The notes beneath the pieces were generated by a model that had not been told where the DNA came from, searched no databases, and saw nothing but the letters and a program-made list of their open reading frames with translations. Shown piece after piece: positions 1-9,753 of a stretch of DNA of 64,000 bases. The DNA lies in the NCBI GenBank assembly GCA_963665235.2, contig CAXXLX010000001.1, positions 2,816,001 to 2,880,000 of the forward strand, read 5' to 3'. Source of the DNA: Candidatus Poribacteria bacterium (GTDB lineage Bacteria; Poribacteria; WGA-4E; WGA-3G). A program made the translations under genes and the position numbers. Position 1 is the stretch's first letter; each line of letters begins with the position of its first letter.

Positions 1-812
1 GCCAAAAACATACCGCCCATGAGAAGTGCTGCGAAAAAATAGATGCTACCTGCAATGTTGAACAGTGTCGGAAGAAGTCCGATACCCAATAACGCGACGC
101 AGTTGATTACAATCTGACGACGTGTGCTCTTCCCATCCGGATGGATAACAGGCAACAACTTTAATCCTGCGTTCGCGTAGTCCTCACGATAGATATACGC
201 TATTGCAAGGGAATGCGGAAGTTGCCATAGAAAGAGAATCGCAAATAACACCCATGCCGGGCCCGAAATCTGACCTTGTGCCGCAACCCATCCGACGACA
301 GGCGGCAGGGCCCCCGGAACCGCCCCGATGAGCGTACACAACGAGGTTTTCCGTTTGAGCGGGGTATAGAGAAACAGATAACTCACCACTATAACCGAAA
401 TCACAAACCCGCTGAGCGGATTGACAATCAGTGTCAGGTAAAGCATGCCACTTCCTGTTAAGCTTGCACTGAAGCAGAGTGCTATTATTGGGAGCATCCT
501 GCCATCTGGAAGTGGCCTTTCCCGAGTCCGCTTCATCTGTGCATCTATATCGCGTTCAAGGTATTGATTCAATCCTAAAACCCCGGCGGCGGTCAGACCT
601 GCCCCAATAAGTGTGTGCAGGCAACGAAACCAATCGACCGGCTGCTGCGAGCCGATATAAAACCCTGCTGCCGTTGTAATCAGAATCATCAATACCAACC
701 GGGGTTTGACAAGTTCTATATAGGCGACAGCACGTCTCGTTAAAACCGAGTGCCACGACGGCGGTTTTACCTCCTCCGTGTTGTTGGATACCGTTACCGT
801 TGTTGAACGCAT
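1..812 (-). CDS. ctaB: Protoheme IX farnesyltransferase (heme o synthase), 3' end outside window
   Basis: Read manually (not in ORF track): ATG at 812 gives MRSTTVTVS...AYIELVKPRLVLMILITTAAGFY...QYLERDIDAQMKRTRERPLPDGR...YTPLKR...LWQLPH, which are UbiA/CtaB motifs; follows ctaA. Confidence 0.93.
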   Translation of the reverse strand, partial: MRSTTVTVSNNTEEVKPPSWHSVLTRRAVAYIELVKPRLVLMILITTAAGFYIGSQQPVDWFRCLHTLIGAGLTAAGVLGLNQYLERDIDAQMKRTRERPLPDGRMLPIIALCFSASLTGSGMLYLTLIVNPLSGFVISVIVVSYLFLYTPLKRKTSLCTLIGAVPGALPPVVGWVAAQGQISGPAWVLFAILFLWQLPHSLAIAYIYREDYANAGLKLLPVIHPDGKSTRRQIVINCVALLGIGLLPTLFNIAGSIYFFAALLMGGMFL

Positions 813-821
813 AATTTCATC

Positions 822-1799
822 TCATTCCGTGGCGAGTGCACTGCTATCAGACACATTAACAGATGCTGGGGTATCAGTGAGCCGATAAATTTTCAGGGTT
901 ATCACGAAACTGATAACCAACAAAAGGGCACCTACCGCAACGTGTGCAGTGGTAATTGTCACTGTAAGTGCTGCTGCCATCGTGTCACCAAAGGTGGTAA
1001 GTTTTGCCAAAAACGCCCCGGTGCCGAGCAGTAATTGAACAGCCAGCAGCACTATCAAGGACATCGTCAACCGAAACATATTTTCCACCTGCAATATTCG
1101 CCTTGCCAAGAGAAAGATATGGAGTGTAACCAAAAATGCCAAGAGAAGATGGGCATCAAGTCTGTTTCCCGTATGCCGTAGAATCGCCCCGAAGATAAGC
1201 TGCACATAAATTAAACCTGTTGTAATTAGGCTTAACCGCCGTAATTTCCCCGCAGCAAGGTTTATTGGCACACGTTTACCGTTCTGACTGTCCCACCACT
1301 CGCGAGAGGTGAACCAAGCAATGCCCCCTAGCAAAGCAAAAAACGCTTGTGCAAGACATGCATGAACTATCGCGAAGTTGAGATTCAGCTCGGTAACCCG
1401 AAGTCCCCCGAGAACGCCTTGCACGATAACACCAATGAGGGCAGCTACGCCAAGCCATTTTAACCACCTGCGTGAGTCTGTCGCGAGCAGCATGATAAAC
1501 AAACCAACCGTTAAGAGGCCAACTATCGACCCCATTAAACGGTGACTATGCTCATAAAGGATACCGCCCACCATCTCCGATAACGGATATAGAAACATGT
1601 TATACCCGAAGGTTGTCGGCCAATCGGGGACAGCCAGTCCGGAGTCAGTACTTGTGACAATGCCGCCGATGACAATCAGCAGAAAGGTTGCACCTGCGGT
1701 GAGGTATGCCATTCTGTATCGCCAGGGGCTATAACTAGCGTGATTCTTCTCTTCATGCTGTGTTTCCATGGGTGAGCGGATATTTCCTCCAAATGGCAC
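822..1799 (-). CDS. ctaA: Heme A synthase (COX15/CtaA family)
   Basis: GGIVTSTDSGLAVPDWP, YEHSHRL, HACLAQ and TTAHVAVG conserved His motifs; about 8 TM helices; start may be 1769. Confidence 0.92.
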   Translation of the reverse strand: MPFGGNIRSPMETQHEEKNHASYSPWRYRMAYLTAGATFLLIVIGGIVTSTDSGLAVPDWPTTFGYNMFLYPLSEMVGGILYEHSHRLMGSIVGLLTVGLFIMLLATDSRRWLKWLGVAALIGVIVQGVLGGLRVTELNLNFAIVHACLAQAFFALLGGIAWFTSREWWDSQNGKRVPINLAAGKLRRLSLITTGLIYVQLIFGAILRHTGNRLDAHLLLAFLVTLHIFLLARRILQVENMFRLTMSLIVLLAVQLLLGTGAFLAKLTTFGDTMAAALTVTITTAHVAVGALLLVISFVITLKIYRLTDTPASVNVSDSSALATE

Positions 1800-1816
1800 G
1801 GTTTAAAGACCGTGCC
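1795..1816 (-). terminator. Stem-loop between coxA and ctaA (attenuator or RNA-stabilising hairpin)
   Basis: ggcacggt-ttaaag-accgtgcc perfect 8-bp inverted repeat. Confidence 0.4.
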
Positions 1817-1841
1817 GATTGTTATGACAGGCTTCCTTTAC

Positions 1842-3878
1842 CTAATCGCCAGCACTTGCCGGGGCGTGCTCAGGTTGCGCTTGCGGAATCCAATCAGATT
1901 CTTCACCAGGTACACTGTATTCATAGGGACCACGGTACACAGTCGGAATTTGAGCAAAATTACCGTGCGGCACAGGTGTAGGTGCCTCCCATTCCAACGT
2001 GTTGACCTGCCACGGATTCTTCTCGGCAACCTTCCCGCGATATATGCTCCAGAAGAAATTGAAGACAAGTATCAATTGTGTAAAACCGAGGGTAAACGCA
2101 CTCATTGTGATAAAAATGTTCATACCTTCAAACCCTTGTAAGAACGTATACTCCATCGGATTGGAAATTCTCCGCATGTGCCCGCCTACACCGAGAATAT
2201 GCATCGGGAAGAAGGTGCAGTTAAAGGCGATGAACGTCAACCAAAAATGAATTTTGGACAACGTATCGTTCATATAGCGGCCGTACATCTTCGGAAACCA
2301 GAAAATGATACCGCCAAAGATAGCGAACAGACTCCCGCCAAAGACCACGTAGTGAATATGGGCTACAATGTAGTACGTATCGTGAATGTAAATGTCCACC
2401 GGCGTATTTGCCATATAAATACCGCTCAACCCGCCGATTACGAACATTGACACAAACGCGATAGCGTGAAGCATCGGGGTCGTAAATCGGATTGAACCCC
2501 GGTACATTGTCCCAAGCCAGTTAAATGTCTTAATAGCCGAAGGCACAGCGATAAGCATCGTTGTCGTCATAAAGAAGGCACCCATTCCCGGACGCATTCC
2601 ACTTTGGAACATGTGGTGTCCCCAGACAACCCATCCCAAAAACGCAATCGCAATCATCGCGTAGACCATAGAACGGTAGCCGAAAACCGGTTTCCGAGAG
2701 AAAACTGTTACCAATTCGGAAGCAATGCCCATCCCCGGTAAAATCAGAATATACACCTCGGGGTGCCCAAAAAACCAAAATAGGTGTTGCCAGAGAAGCG
2801 GGTCGCCTCCACCTTCAGTTGTCGCCGTGAAGAACGTTGTACCCGCAAGCCTATCAAAGATAAGTAGTGCCAACGCGGAAGATAACACAGGGAAAGCAAG
2901 AAGCAACAGAATCGCTACAATAAAAAGGGACCAGATGACCAAAGGCAGTCTAAAGAACGTCATCCCTGGGGCCCGCATATTGATAATTGTGGTGATGTAG
3001 TTAATAGACCCCACTAATGAGGAAAACCCTTGAATCAGCAAGCTTATTGCCCATAAGTTTAGTCCCCAGCCAACCCCTGTCCACTGCGCATCACTGGATA
3101 GCGGCGCGTAACCTGTCCAACCAGCTGAAGCATGCCCGCCAGGAATGAAAAATCCAGCTGCCATTACAATTGCTGCAAGCACGGCAAGCCAAAAAGAGAG
3201 CATATTCAGAACAGGAAACGCCATATCTCGGGTACCAATCATCAGCGGAATTAAGAAATTTCCGAACGCACCAACCAAGATAGGCACAACAACGAAAAAC
3301 ACCATAATAGTGGCGTGCATCGTAAACAGCATGTTGTAAAATGATGGGGTCATAATACCCGCAGGCATATTTACTTCAAGCCACTCCTCTTTTTCGGATT
3401 CATAAATGCCTTCCCACATCCGGTCAGCCCACGTTACGACCTCACCGTCCTCTAAATATTCGGGGGAAACACCAATAAAAGGCAGCGGTTTAGCTTCCTT
3501 GGCAGCCTTTCCACCTTCCAATTCAGGGATGCCGGGATAAGCGAGTTGCCATCTAAAGAGCAGCGCAAGCCCACCCCCGAGAAACAGCATAATCAGACCG
3601 TAGATTAAGAACTGCTTCCCAATCATCTTGTGGTCGAGCGAGAAGATGTACTTCCTAAAAAAACCTTCTTCATGATGATGTGCATGGGCATCGTGATGTT
3701 CTCCGTTATGCTCGTGCTCATGCTCATGCTCGTGCTCATGCTCGTGCTCATGCTCGTGCTCATGCGTTTCTGCGTCGTTATCTTCATGTGCATCAACACG
3801 GTTTTCGTCAGTGTCGTGTTCATGTGACATATTTTCGTTTTCTTGCATGGTTGTTTTTACTCCTTTCGCGACCCCCAA
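1842..3878 (-). CDS. ctaD: Cytochrome c oxidase subunit I, A1-type heme-copper oxidase, with His-rich N-terminal extension
   Basis: DHKMIG, TMHATIM, FFGHPEVY (A1 Glu), WGHHMF, AHIHYV; start probably 3848 or 3830. Confidence 0.97.
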   Translation of the reverse strand: MGVAKGVKTTMQENENMSHEHDTDENRVDAHEDNDAETHEHEHEHEHEHEHEHEHEHNGEHHDAHAHHHEEGFFRKYIFSLDHKMIGKQFLIYGLIMLFLGGGLALLFRWQLAYPGIPELEGGKAAKEAKPLPFIGVSPEYLEDGEVVTWADRMWEGIYESEKEEWLEVNMPAGIMTPSFYNMLFTMHATIMVFFVVVPILVGAFGNFLIPLMIGTRDMAFPVLNMLSFWLAVLAAIVMAAGFFIPGGHASAGWTGYAPLSSDAQWTGVGWGLNLWAISLLIQGFSSLVGSINYITTIINMRAPGMTFFRLPLVIWSLFIVAILLLLAFPVLSSALALLIFDRLAGTTFFTATTEGGGDPLLWQHLFWFFGHPEVYILILPGMGIASELVTVFSRKPVFGYRSMVYAMIAIAFLGWVVWGHHMFQSGMRPGMGAFFMTTTMLIAVPSAIKTFNWLGTMYRGSIRFTTPMLHAIAFVSMFVIGGLSGIYMANTPVDIYIHDTYYIVAHIHYVVFGGSLFAIFGGIIFWFPKMYGRYMNDTLSKIHFWLTFIAFNCTFFPMHILGVGGHMRRISNPMEYTFLQGFEGMNIFITMSAFTLGFTQLILVFNFFWSIYRGKVAEKNPWQVNTLEWEAPTPVPHGNFAQIPTVYRGPYEYSVPGEESDWIPQAQPEHAPASAGD
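3708..3764 (-). repeat. 6-bp coding tandem repeat encoding (His-Glu)n in the CoxI N-terminus
   Basis: atgctc/gtgctc hexamer array giving HEHEHEHEHEHEHEHEH. Confidence 0.9.
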
Positions 3879-3909
3879 ATTCGGTTTATTCAGGCCGCTC
3901 TAATGTTCC

Positions 3910-4569
3910 TTACTCAGGCCACTGTTCTTGAACCCATGCATCATATTCTTCTTGCGTTTTCACATTGAGATATCCGCGCATGGTTGAGTGTCCGAATCCA
4001 CAGAGTTCGGCACATGCAATTTCGTAACGTCCTATTTTTGCCGCTTTAAACTTGACGTTGTCAATAGTTCGATTCGGCAGTGCGTCCTGTTTCAGTCGCA
4101 AATTAGGTATAAAAAAACTGTGAATCACATCTTTAGAAGTTAACACGATATGCACGACCTTGTCGATAGGGACATGCAACTCGTTTTCCAATTCCAGATC
4201 ATCCGCTGTGTCGAATTCACCATCCGGCCCGGGGTAAATCATATACCAGTTAAACTGTTCACCTCGAACCTGAACCACATAATCCGGATTTTCAGGTGGT
4301 GATTTGAGATTGTTCCACTGCGGGAAGCTGAGCATTGCCAGGCCAAATACAATCACCGTTGTTACTGCGGTCCAGGTGATTTCAAGCTTCGTACTTCCTT
4401 CAATGTATTCAGCACGGTGTCCTTCTCGATGGCGATATTTAATGAGAAACACTATCAGCGTCGCCATCACAAGGACAAACACTATCGCGGTAATCCAATA
4501 GATGAGTGTAAAGAGGTCATCAATACCTTGCCCGAATGTTGATATATTCTCTGGGAGCCATTGAAGCAT
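3910..4569 (-). CDS. ctaC: Cytochrome c oxidase subunit II (CuA)
   Basis: DVIHSFFIP...KQDALP and CAELCGFGHSTM CuA ligands; 2 TM helices; no fused cytochrome c. Confidence 0.96.
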   Translation of the reverse strand: MLQWLPENISTFGQGIDDLFTLIYWITAIVFVLVMATLIVFLIKYRHREGHRAEYIEGSTKLEITWTAVTTVIVFGLAMLSFPQWNNLKSPPENPDYVVQVRGEQFNWYMIYPGPDGEFDTADDLELENELHVPIDKVVHIVLTSKDVIHSFFIPNLRLKQDALPNRTIDNVKFKAAKIGRYEIACAELCGFGHSTMRGYLNVKTQEEYDAWVQEQWPE

Positions 4570-4624
4570 TCATTCCTCCTTTTTCCAAAAAATCGTAGGC
4601 AAAATATTCGTTAAGTGCAATATC

Positions 4625-5404
4625 TTAAGTCGTTTCTGCTGAAGCAGTAAACATTGCACCCAAGTAGGTCAAGATACAAAACAGAGTCGTAATCAATATA
4701 GAAAGTGTCCACGGCGGCATGCTGCCGGCTGTAGTTACGGTACCAGAATAGAGGCTGTGCCGAAAAGCGGCGAGCCCATAAGTTAAAGGGTTCAATTTCA
4801 TTACCCACTCCAACCAAGGCGGTGCCCCCGCACTCGGAAAAAACGCACCGGACAACAGCCAAATCGGAATAAGTAAAAGGTTCATAATCGCATGAAAACC
4901 TTGCGTCGAATCCATCCGCCAAGCAAGCAGCAACCCAAGGTTTGTCAAACCAAAAGCCAGAAGCACCATCACGCCCAACGTCAAAGTCAGGGACAGAATA
5001 CCGAAGCGGATACCAACCAGCGGTGCTAGAACCAGTAGCAGCACGCCTTGTAGAAGTGCCAATGTCGTTCCGCCTAAGGCTTGTCCAAGAACAATCCCCC
5101 ACCTCGGCACTGGAGCAACGAGGACACCTTGTAAAAATCCCGTGTGCCGCTCATTCACAACCGAAATTGTAGCAAAAATGGCGGTAAAAAGCAAAACTAA
5201 AATGACGATGCCCGGATAAAAGTACTCAATATACCCGATTTCTGCCGAAGTACCAGCGGGTCGAAAAGAGGCATCCAAACCACTCCCAATCAGAAGCCAG
5301 AATACCAAAGGTTGCGCAATTGCACTGAAAAGTCTGCTCCGTTGGCGATAAAACCGAATGATTTCACGCCACCATATCGTTATAACCGGTAGCAAAACGC
5401 TCAT
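4625..5404 (-). CDS. ABC-2 type exporter permease
   Basis: 6 TM, LSGAFFP, NPLTY motifs; adjacent ATPase. Confidence 0.9.
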   Translation of the reverse strand: MSVLLPVITIWWREIIRFYRQRSRLFSAIAQPLVFWLLIGSGLDASFRPAGTSAEIGYIEYFYPGIVILVLLFTAIFATISVVNERHTGFLQGVLVAPVPRWGIVLGQALGGTTLALLQGVLLLVLAPLVGIRFGILSLTLTLGVMVLLAFGLTNLGLLLAWRMDSTQGFHAIMNLLLIPIWLLSGAFFPSAGAPPWLEWVMKLNPLTYGLAAFRHSLYSGTVTTAGSMPPWTLSILITTLFCILTYLGAMFTASAETT

Positions 5405-5419
5405 CGCTCCGCACCTCCC

Positions 5420-6340
5420 TTACACGAACGGGGTGCCTGTCAGCTTTATGAAAACGTCCGCCAATGTCGGTTTCCCGAAACGGACCGCCTGAATCTCATC
5501 AGGAAATGTCGCAACCGCGTCCCTCACAAACTCGTGACCGCGCTCACATTCAACCCGGAGGCAATTGTCAGCTACTACTACTGAAATGCCAAACTTATCT
5601 GTAAGAGCAGTCCTAAGTGTCTCACAGTTCCTGCTCTCTATCATGACAACATCACCCCCGATTTCCGACTTGAGTTGGTCAGGGATTCCGAGGGCAACTA
5701 ACCTACCGCTCTCCAAAATGCCTACTCGGTTAGCCAACTCCGCCTCATCCAAAAGGTGTGTTGTCCGGAGCACAAGAATATTTTCCGTTTTTGCAAGTAA
5801 ACGCAGATAATCACCTAGTTGTCTTCTTACACCGATGTCCAATCCACTGCTCGGTTCATCTAGAAGCAAAACCCGCGGCGAATGGAGCATCGCTTTCGCA
5901 ATTTCAACCCGTCTCTGTAACCCGCCGGACAACTCTTCGACAAGGTCATTCGCTCTATTTTTAATGTCAAACCTTTCCAGCAGTTCCGAAATTCTATGGT
6001 GTAAACGTTTCCCGCTCAAACCGTAGAGATGCCCGTGATGGCGCAAATTTTCAGTAACACTCAGCTTGACATCTAACCCGGGATGTTGAAAAACAACCCC
6101 TAATAATTTCCGAATCGCCTTCGCATCGGTACGCAAATCAAATCCGAGAATGTTCACACTTCCGGACGTTGGCGGGAGCAGCGTAGACAAAATCTTAAAA
6201 AGCGTTGTTTTGCCACTACCGTTCGGTCCGAGAAAACAGAGAATCTCACCACATGTTACGGTGAAATGGACATCGGCCAACGCACGCCGTGTACCGTAAG
6301 TGTGTGTTAGATTTTCAACCGTAAGCTTGTTCTTACTCAC
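5420..6340 (-). CDS. ABC transporter ATP-binding protein (DrrA/NodI-like)
   Basis: GPNGSGKT, LSGG, LLLDEP. Confidence 0.93.
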   Translation of the reverse strand: MSKNKLTVENLTHTYGTRRALADVHFTVTCGEILCFLGPNGSGKTTLFKILSTLLPPTSGSVNILGFDLRTDAKAIRKLLGVVFQHPGLDVKLSVTENLRHHGHLYGLSGKRLHHRISELLERFDIKNRANDLVEELSGGLQRRVEIAKAMLHSPRVLLLDEPSSGLDIGVRRQLGDYLRLLAKTENILVLRTTHLLDEAELANRVGILESGRLVALGIPDQLKSEIGGDVVMIESRNCETLRTALTDKFGISVVVADNCLRVECERGHEFVRDAVATFPDEIQAVRFGKPTLADVFIKLTGTPFV

Positions 6341-7148
6341 TGCTCTCTTTAAGTTTCAGCGTGAAATCCTGCTTGACTTCGCCACCTGCAGCAACCGTAA
6401 CAGCAGCTGGTGCCTTGTTATTCGTACCACACGCTTCATGCCAATAGCCTAATTTATAGGTGCCGGGGGGAACATTTTCAATTGTGAACTCACCCTTTTC
6501 GTTTGTCACAGCAAAGTAAGGATGCGGTACATAAGCAATCCACGCCGACATCCACCCGTGAATGTCACATTTCACATTGACCGGGCCTTCTGCTTTCTTA
6601 GCGACACCTTCACGGGACAGCCGCATCTTTTTCCGCGTCTTCGGCTGCTGTTTGTTCACAGACGTGTTGTTTTTCTTACTACCGAAGATATGCACATTGT
6701 GTGTCGCCTTATCGCTATTCAACACCGTCAAGGTTGCACCAACAGGAACGATCTGCACATGCGGCTCAAATCGGCACTCCTTCTGGTCAATTTCTGGTTT
6801 TTTCGCTTTCGCGTCAAAATCCTTACCTTCTGAAATGTCCATCAGATAAACAATCGTATTTTTCACGACCTTCCCTTCGCCAACGACGAGGGTTTCATCG
6901 TGCTTATCCGTAGCACCACAAACCGCCTGATCTTTCGTAATTTCCAGCTTTTTCATCTCAGGCGCGTCGCCTTCAAACTTAACAACACCGCTAATTTTCC
7001 CACCGTTGCTAACCGACATCGTTTTATACGATTCCGGAAAAACAAGTTTATTCATTTTTTCCTCTTCCTCGTGGTTGTCTGCAAACACAATGAATCCGAA
7101 GCAGCACACGAGAAGAGCTGTGAGATATCCCAACATTTTAGTTTTCAT
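6333..7148 (-). CDS. Secreted carboxypeptidase-regulatory-like/cupredoxin-like protein
   Basis: Signal peptide; HNVH...CDIHGWM type-1-copper-like ligand set; paralog of 13360-14124. Confidence 0.7.
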   Translation of the reverse strand: MKTKMLGYLTALLVCCFGFIVFADNHEEEEKMNKLVFPESYKTMSVSNGGKISGVVKFEGDAPEMKKLEITKDQAVCGATDKHDETLVVGEGKVVKNTIVYLMDISEGKDFDAKAKKPEIDQKECRFEPHVQIVPVGATLTVLNSDKATHNVHIFGSKKNNTSVNKQQPKTRKKMRLSREGVAKKAEGPVNVKCDIHGWMSAWIAYVPHPYFAVTNEKGEFTIENVPPGTYKLGYWHEACGTNNKAPAAVTVAAGGEVKQDFTLKLKESSE

Positions 7149-7252
7149 TTTTATCTCCTTTATTGACGCACCTAATCCGATGGCGCGCCTTAGTAAAATT
7201 CAGAGTTTAAGGAGCATCGCTGCCCCCAATTATTTTTATTTTTACTATAGAA

Positions 7253-8959
7253 TTACGTATTTCTTCGTTGTATAAACCCGCGTAAACCTATCAACAAACC
7301 GACAGACAGAAGTGCCACCAAAGGCGGGTAGATAAACCTTTTTGAAGACGGAACCGGTTCCAACACAAAAGTATACCAACTTGAGATAGCACGTTTCGTC
7401 TCAACGTCACCATTTCCACCATCCCATGCTGAAAAAGCGATAGGCACAAAGACACCCGGTTCAAGCTGAAGGTCTTTGTTATCCGAGGTTTCTAAGGCAC
7501 GTTTAACCCATAGTCTGTATTGTCCATCGGTATATTCACCTTCTACCTGGAGGTCGCTCTGTTTTTCCTGTATCTCTGCGTTGTTTATACCTTTAGCCGT
7601 AAGTTCTGTCACCTGCTGCGGTGCGGAAGCCTTCCAGTGCCACAGGTAAACAGCCATCCTACCCCCCCAAAGGAAATACGGTTTCGGAGCTGTCGGACCC
7701 TTCGGCACCTTCACCGGAAATTGAATCGCTATTGCGTCCTCAAACGTTTTACCCGACTCTTCGTCACCTTCAACTGCAGTATTATGCGTACGGTCATCCC
7801 ATATAAACAGAAACGCCACCTCGGTATCGTTATAAAACGATTTGACATTAACCGAGTCAATTGATGGATTGAACTGCCGCGGCTCAATGATAACCTGCCC
7901 CACAAGCGGAAAATAGCTCGCTTCAAGCGTCTCCCAAGCCGCATCCGCTAACGCTGGCAAATCACCCGCTGTCCATTGTGACCGAAGCACGTTGTTACCA
8001 ATCGCTGCAGCTGGACGTTTTTCTGGAGAAAGTGATTTCACATAGTTCGCCAGATGCCAGCTCTTACTATAAAACGCTTGCATCGCTTTATCATACATCT
8101 GCTTCTGTTCTTCAGTCGCACTGCCTTCCGCTACCAAGTCTAAAACGTCGAAAGCATTTCCCATTTTTTCATCGAGTTGTGCATATTCCTCTTCTTCCTC
8201 CGCTGTCATTTCCGATTTACTATCCAATTCGGTATAACGTGTCGCTTCCTCCACCGTTAAGCCGAAAGAAGCGTCCTCAAACATAGGCATTGCAGAACCA
8301 GCGATGCCACCGATAAACCGTCTGAAAATGTCCGCCGTGTCGCTGCCACCTCTGAAATTCCAGCTTTCGGTCAGATTCGCCGGCCAGCTCTTAAAACCCC
8401 ATTCATCCTCCAGGGTTGGAGCGGACGTCCCATCACCGCGCCCTACCTCACCGTGACATTCAAAACAGGCGAATTGTGTATAAAGCGATTTACCAATTTC
8501 AACGCTCTCTGCGGAATAAGCAATTTTACCCGACAAACTGATTTGCCGTAGCGGGGTCTCACTCGTCTTAAAACCCTCATAGAACGTCTTAATATAGGCT
8601 ACCACTTCCCAACGCTCGTCTGCGCTCAGCGAAGTTTCCCAGCCAGGCATAGATGAACCGGGCATCCCTTCCGTAATAATGTCAAACAAATCCCGATCGG
8701 TTGGAAGCTCACCACCCTCTGTAGACCGGATTTTATACAAACCACGGGTGAAATCCCTCGGCCTCGGCAAAAGGTTTTCCGCCGCACTCCCATCGCCCCG
8801 GCCCTCAACACCGTGACAGTGTGCACAGCTTTTCTCATAAACCGTCTTCCCTTCTTCGGAGGCTTCTGGAGCGTTCTGAGCATGTGTTAACGAAACCCAG
8901 CAGAGTGTACCTACTATTCCCAAAATTAACACGAAGAGGGCAACATGTTTTGTTCTCAT
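7253..8959 (-). CDS. Diheme cytochrome c fused to a heme-b binding domain of the DMSO-reductase type II gamma-subunit family (EbdC/NxrC-like), C-terminal TM anchor
   Basis: CAHCH and CFECH, PRPRDFT; C-terminal domain with DAIAIQFP, WHWKA, PIAFSAWDG, KRAISSW; start moved to MRTKHV at 8959 to avoid overlap. Confidence 0.8.
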   Translation of the reverse strand: MRTKHVALFVLILGIVGTLCWVSLTHAQNAPEASEEGKTVYEKSCAHCHGVEGRGDGSAAENLLPRPRDFTRGLYKIRSTEGGELPTDRDLFDIITEGMPGSSMPGWETSLSADERWEVVAYIKTFYEGFKTSETPLRQISLSGKIAYSAESVEIGKSLYTQFACFECHGEVGRGDGTSAPTLEDEWGFKSWPANLTESWNFRGGSDTADIFRRFIGGIAGSAMPMFEDASFGLTVEEATRYTELDSKSEMTAEEEEEYAQLDEKMGNAFDVLDLVAEGSATEEQKQMYDKAMQAFYSKSWHLANYVKSLSPEKRPAAAIGNNVLRSQWTAGDLPALADAAWETLEASYFPLVGQVIIEPRQFNPSIDSVNVKSFYNDTEVAFLFIWDDRTHNTAVEGDEESGKTFEDAIAIQFPVKVPKGPTAPKPYFLWGGRMAVYLWHWKASAPQQVTELTAKGINNAEIQEKQSDLQVEGEYTDGQYRLWVKRALETSDNKDLQLEPGVFVPIAFSAWDGGNGDVETKRAISSWYTFVLEPVPSSKRFIYPPLVALLSVGLLIGLRGFIQRRNT

Positions 8960-8961
8960 CT

Positions 8962-9738
8962 TTAGTGTCCCTCCCCAAAGGTTCGTGGCTGATAACCGGT
9001 ATAATCCGACAGAAAGAGGATAACATCCCAAATCTCTTCCTGTGTTAGATAATCTTCCCAAATAGGCATTGCCGAATTCCACGGCGTGCCAGCTGCGGGT
9101 AACCCCGGACCGCCCTTCGCTATCCGCCAAAAGAAGAAAGATTCTTGGAAATTGGGAATAATCCCTGGGTCTTGGAAATTAGCGGGGAGCGGTTGGAGAT
9201 AGGGGGCAAAATGCCCCTGCCCATCCAAATGATCGCCGTGGCAATAAAAGCAGTTCTGATAATAAACGCGTCTACCGTTCTCCACATGTGCCTTAAATTT
9301 CTCCAGATCATCTTTTTCATAGTGACGGTGCGGATTTACAACATCCTGCATCGACCCGATAACCTCATCTTTATAGGTCAACTCAAGCGGCGGCGATGGG
9401 TGTGCATCACGCGGGTCACCAGGCGGGTTTGCTCGTTGTGCAATAATCGAGTAGGTATACCCAAGCAGGAGAAGTGGAATCAACACGAATAACACGCGGC
9501 GGCGCATCCGGCGATTGTCATCAACTAAAGTTTCGTGGATAGGACGTAAAAATTCCCGAAATCGTGAATCCTCAACGGAGATATGCACCAAGATAGCGAT
9601 GAAAATCAACCCCATATACATCGCAATCACACTGCCCGGTATGGGGACTGAAATAACGTTACCAACGACAAATCGCAGGAACACCCAGCATCCAACGAAA
9701 ATTATAGCACATACTGTGAAAAGAGATGGCTTTTTCAT
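8962..9738 (-). CDS. Membrane-bound monoheme cytochrome c (3 TM)
   Basis: CFYCH, distal SAMP Met; N-terminal TM helices. Confidence 0.85.
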   Translation of the reverse strand: MKKPSLFTVCAIIFVGCWVFLRFVVGNVISVPIPGSVIAMYMGLIFIAILVHISVEDSRFREFLRPIHETLVDDNRRMRRRVLFVLIPLLLLGYTYSIIAQRANPPGDPRDAHPSPPLELTYKDEVIGSMQDVVNPHRHYEKDDLEKFKAHVENGRRVYYQNCFYCHGDHLDGQGHFAPYLQPLPANFQDPGIIPNFQESFFFWRIAKGGPGLPAAGTPWNSAMPIWEDYLTQEEIWDVILFLSDYTGYQPRTFGEGH

Positions 9739-9753
9739 AGTTTACCCCCTTAG

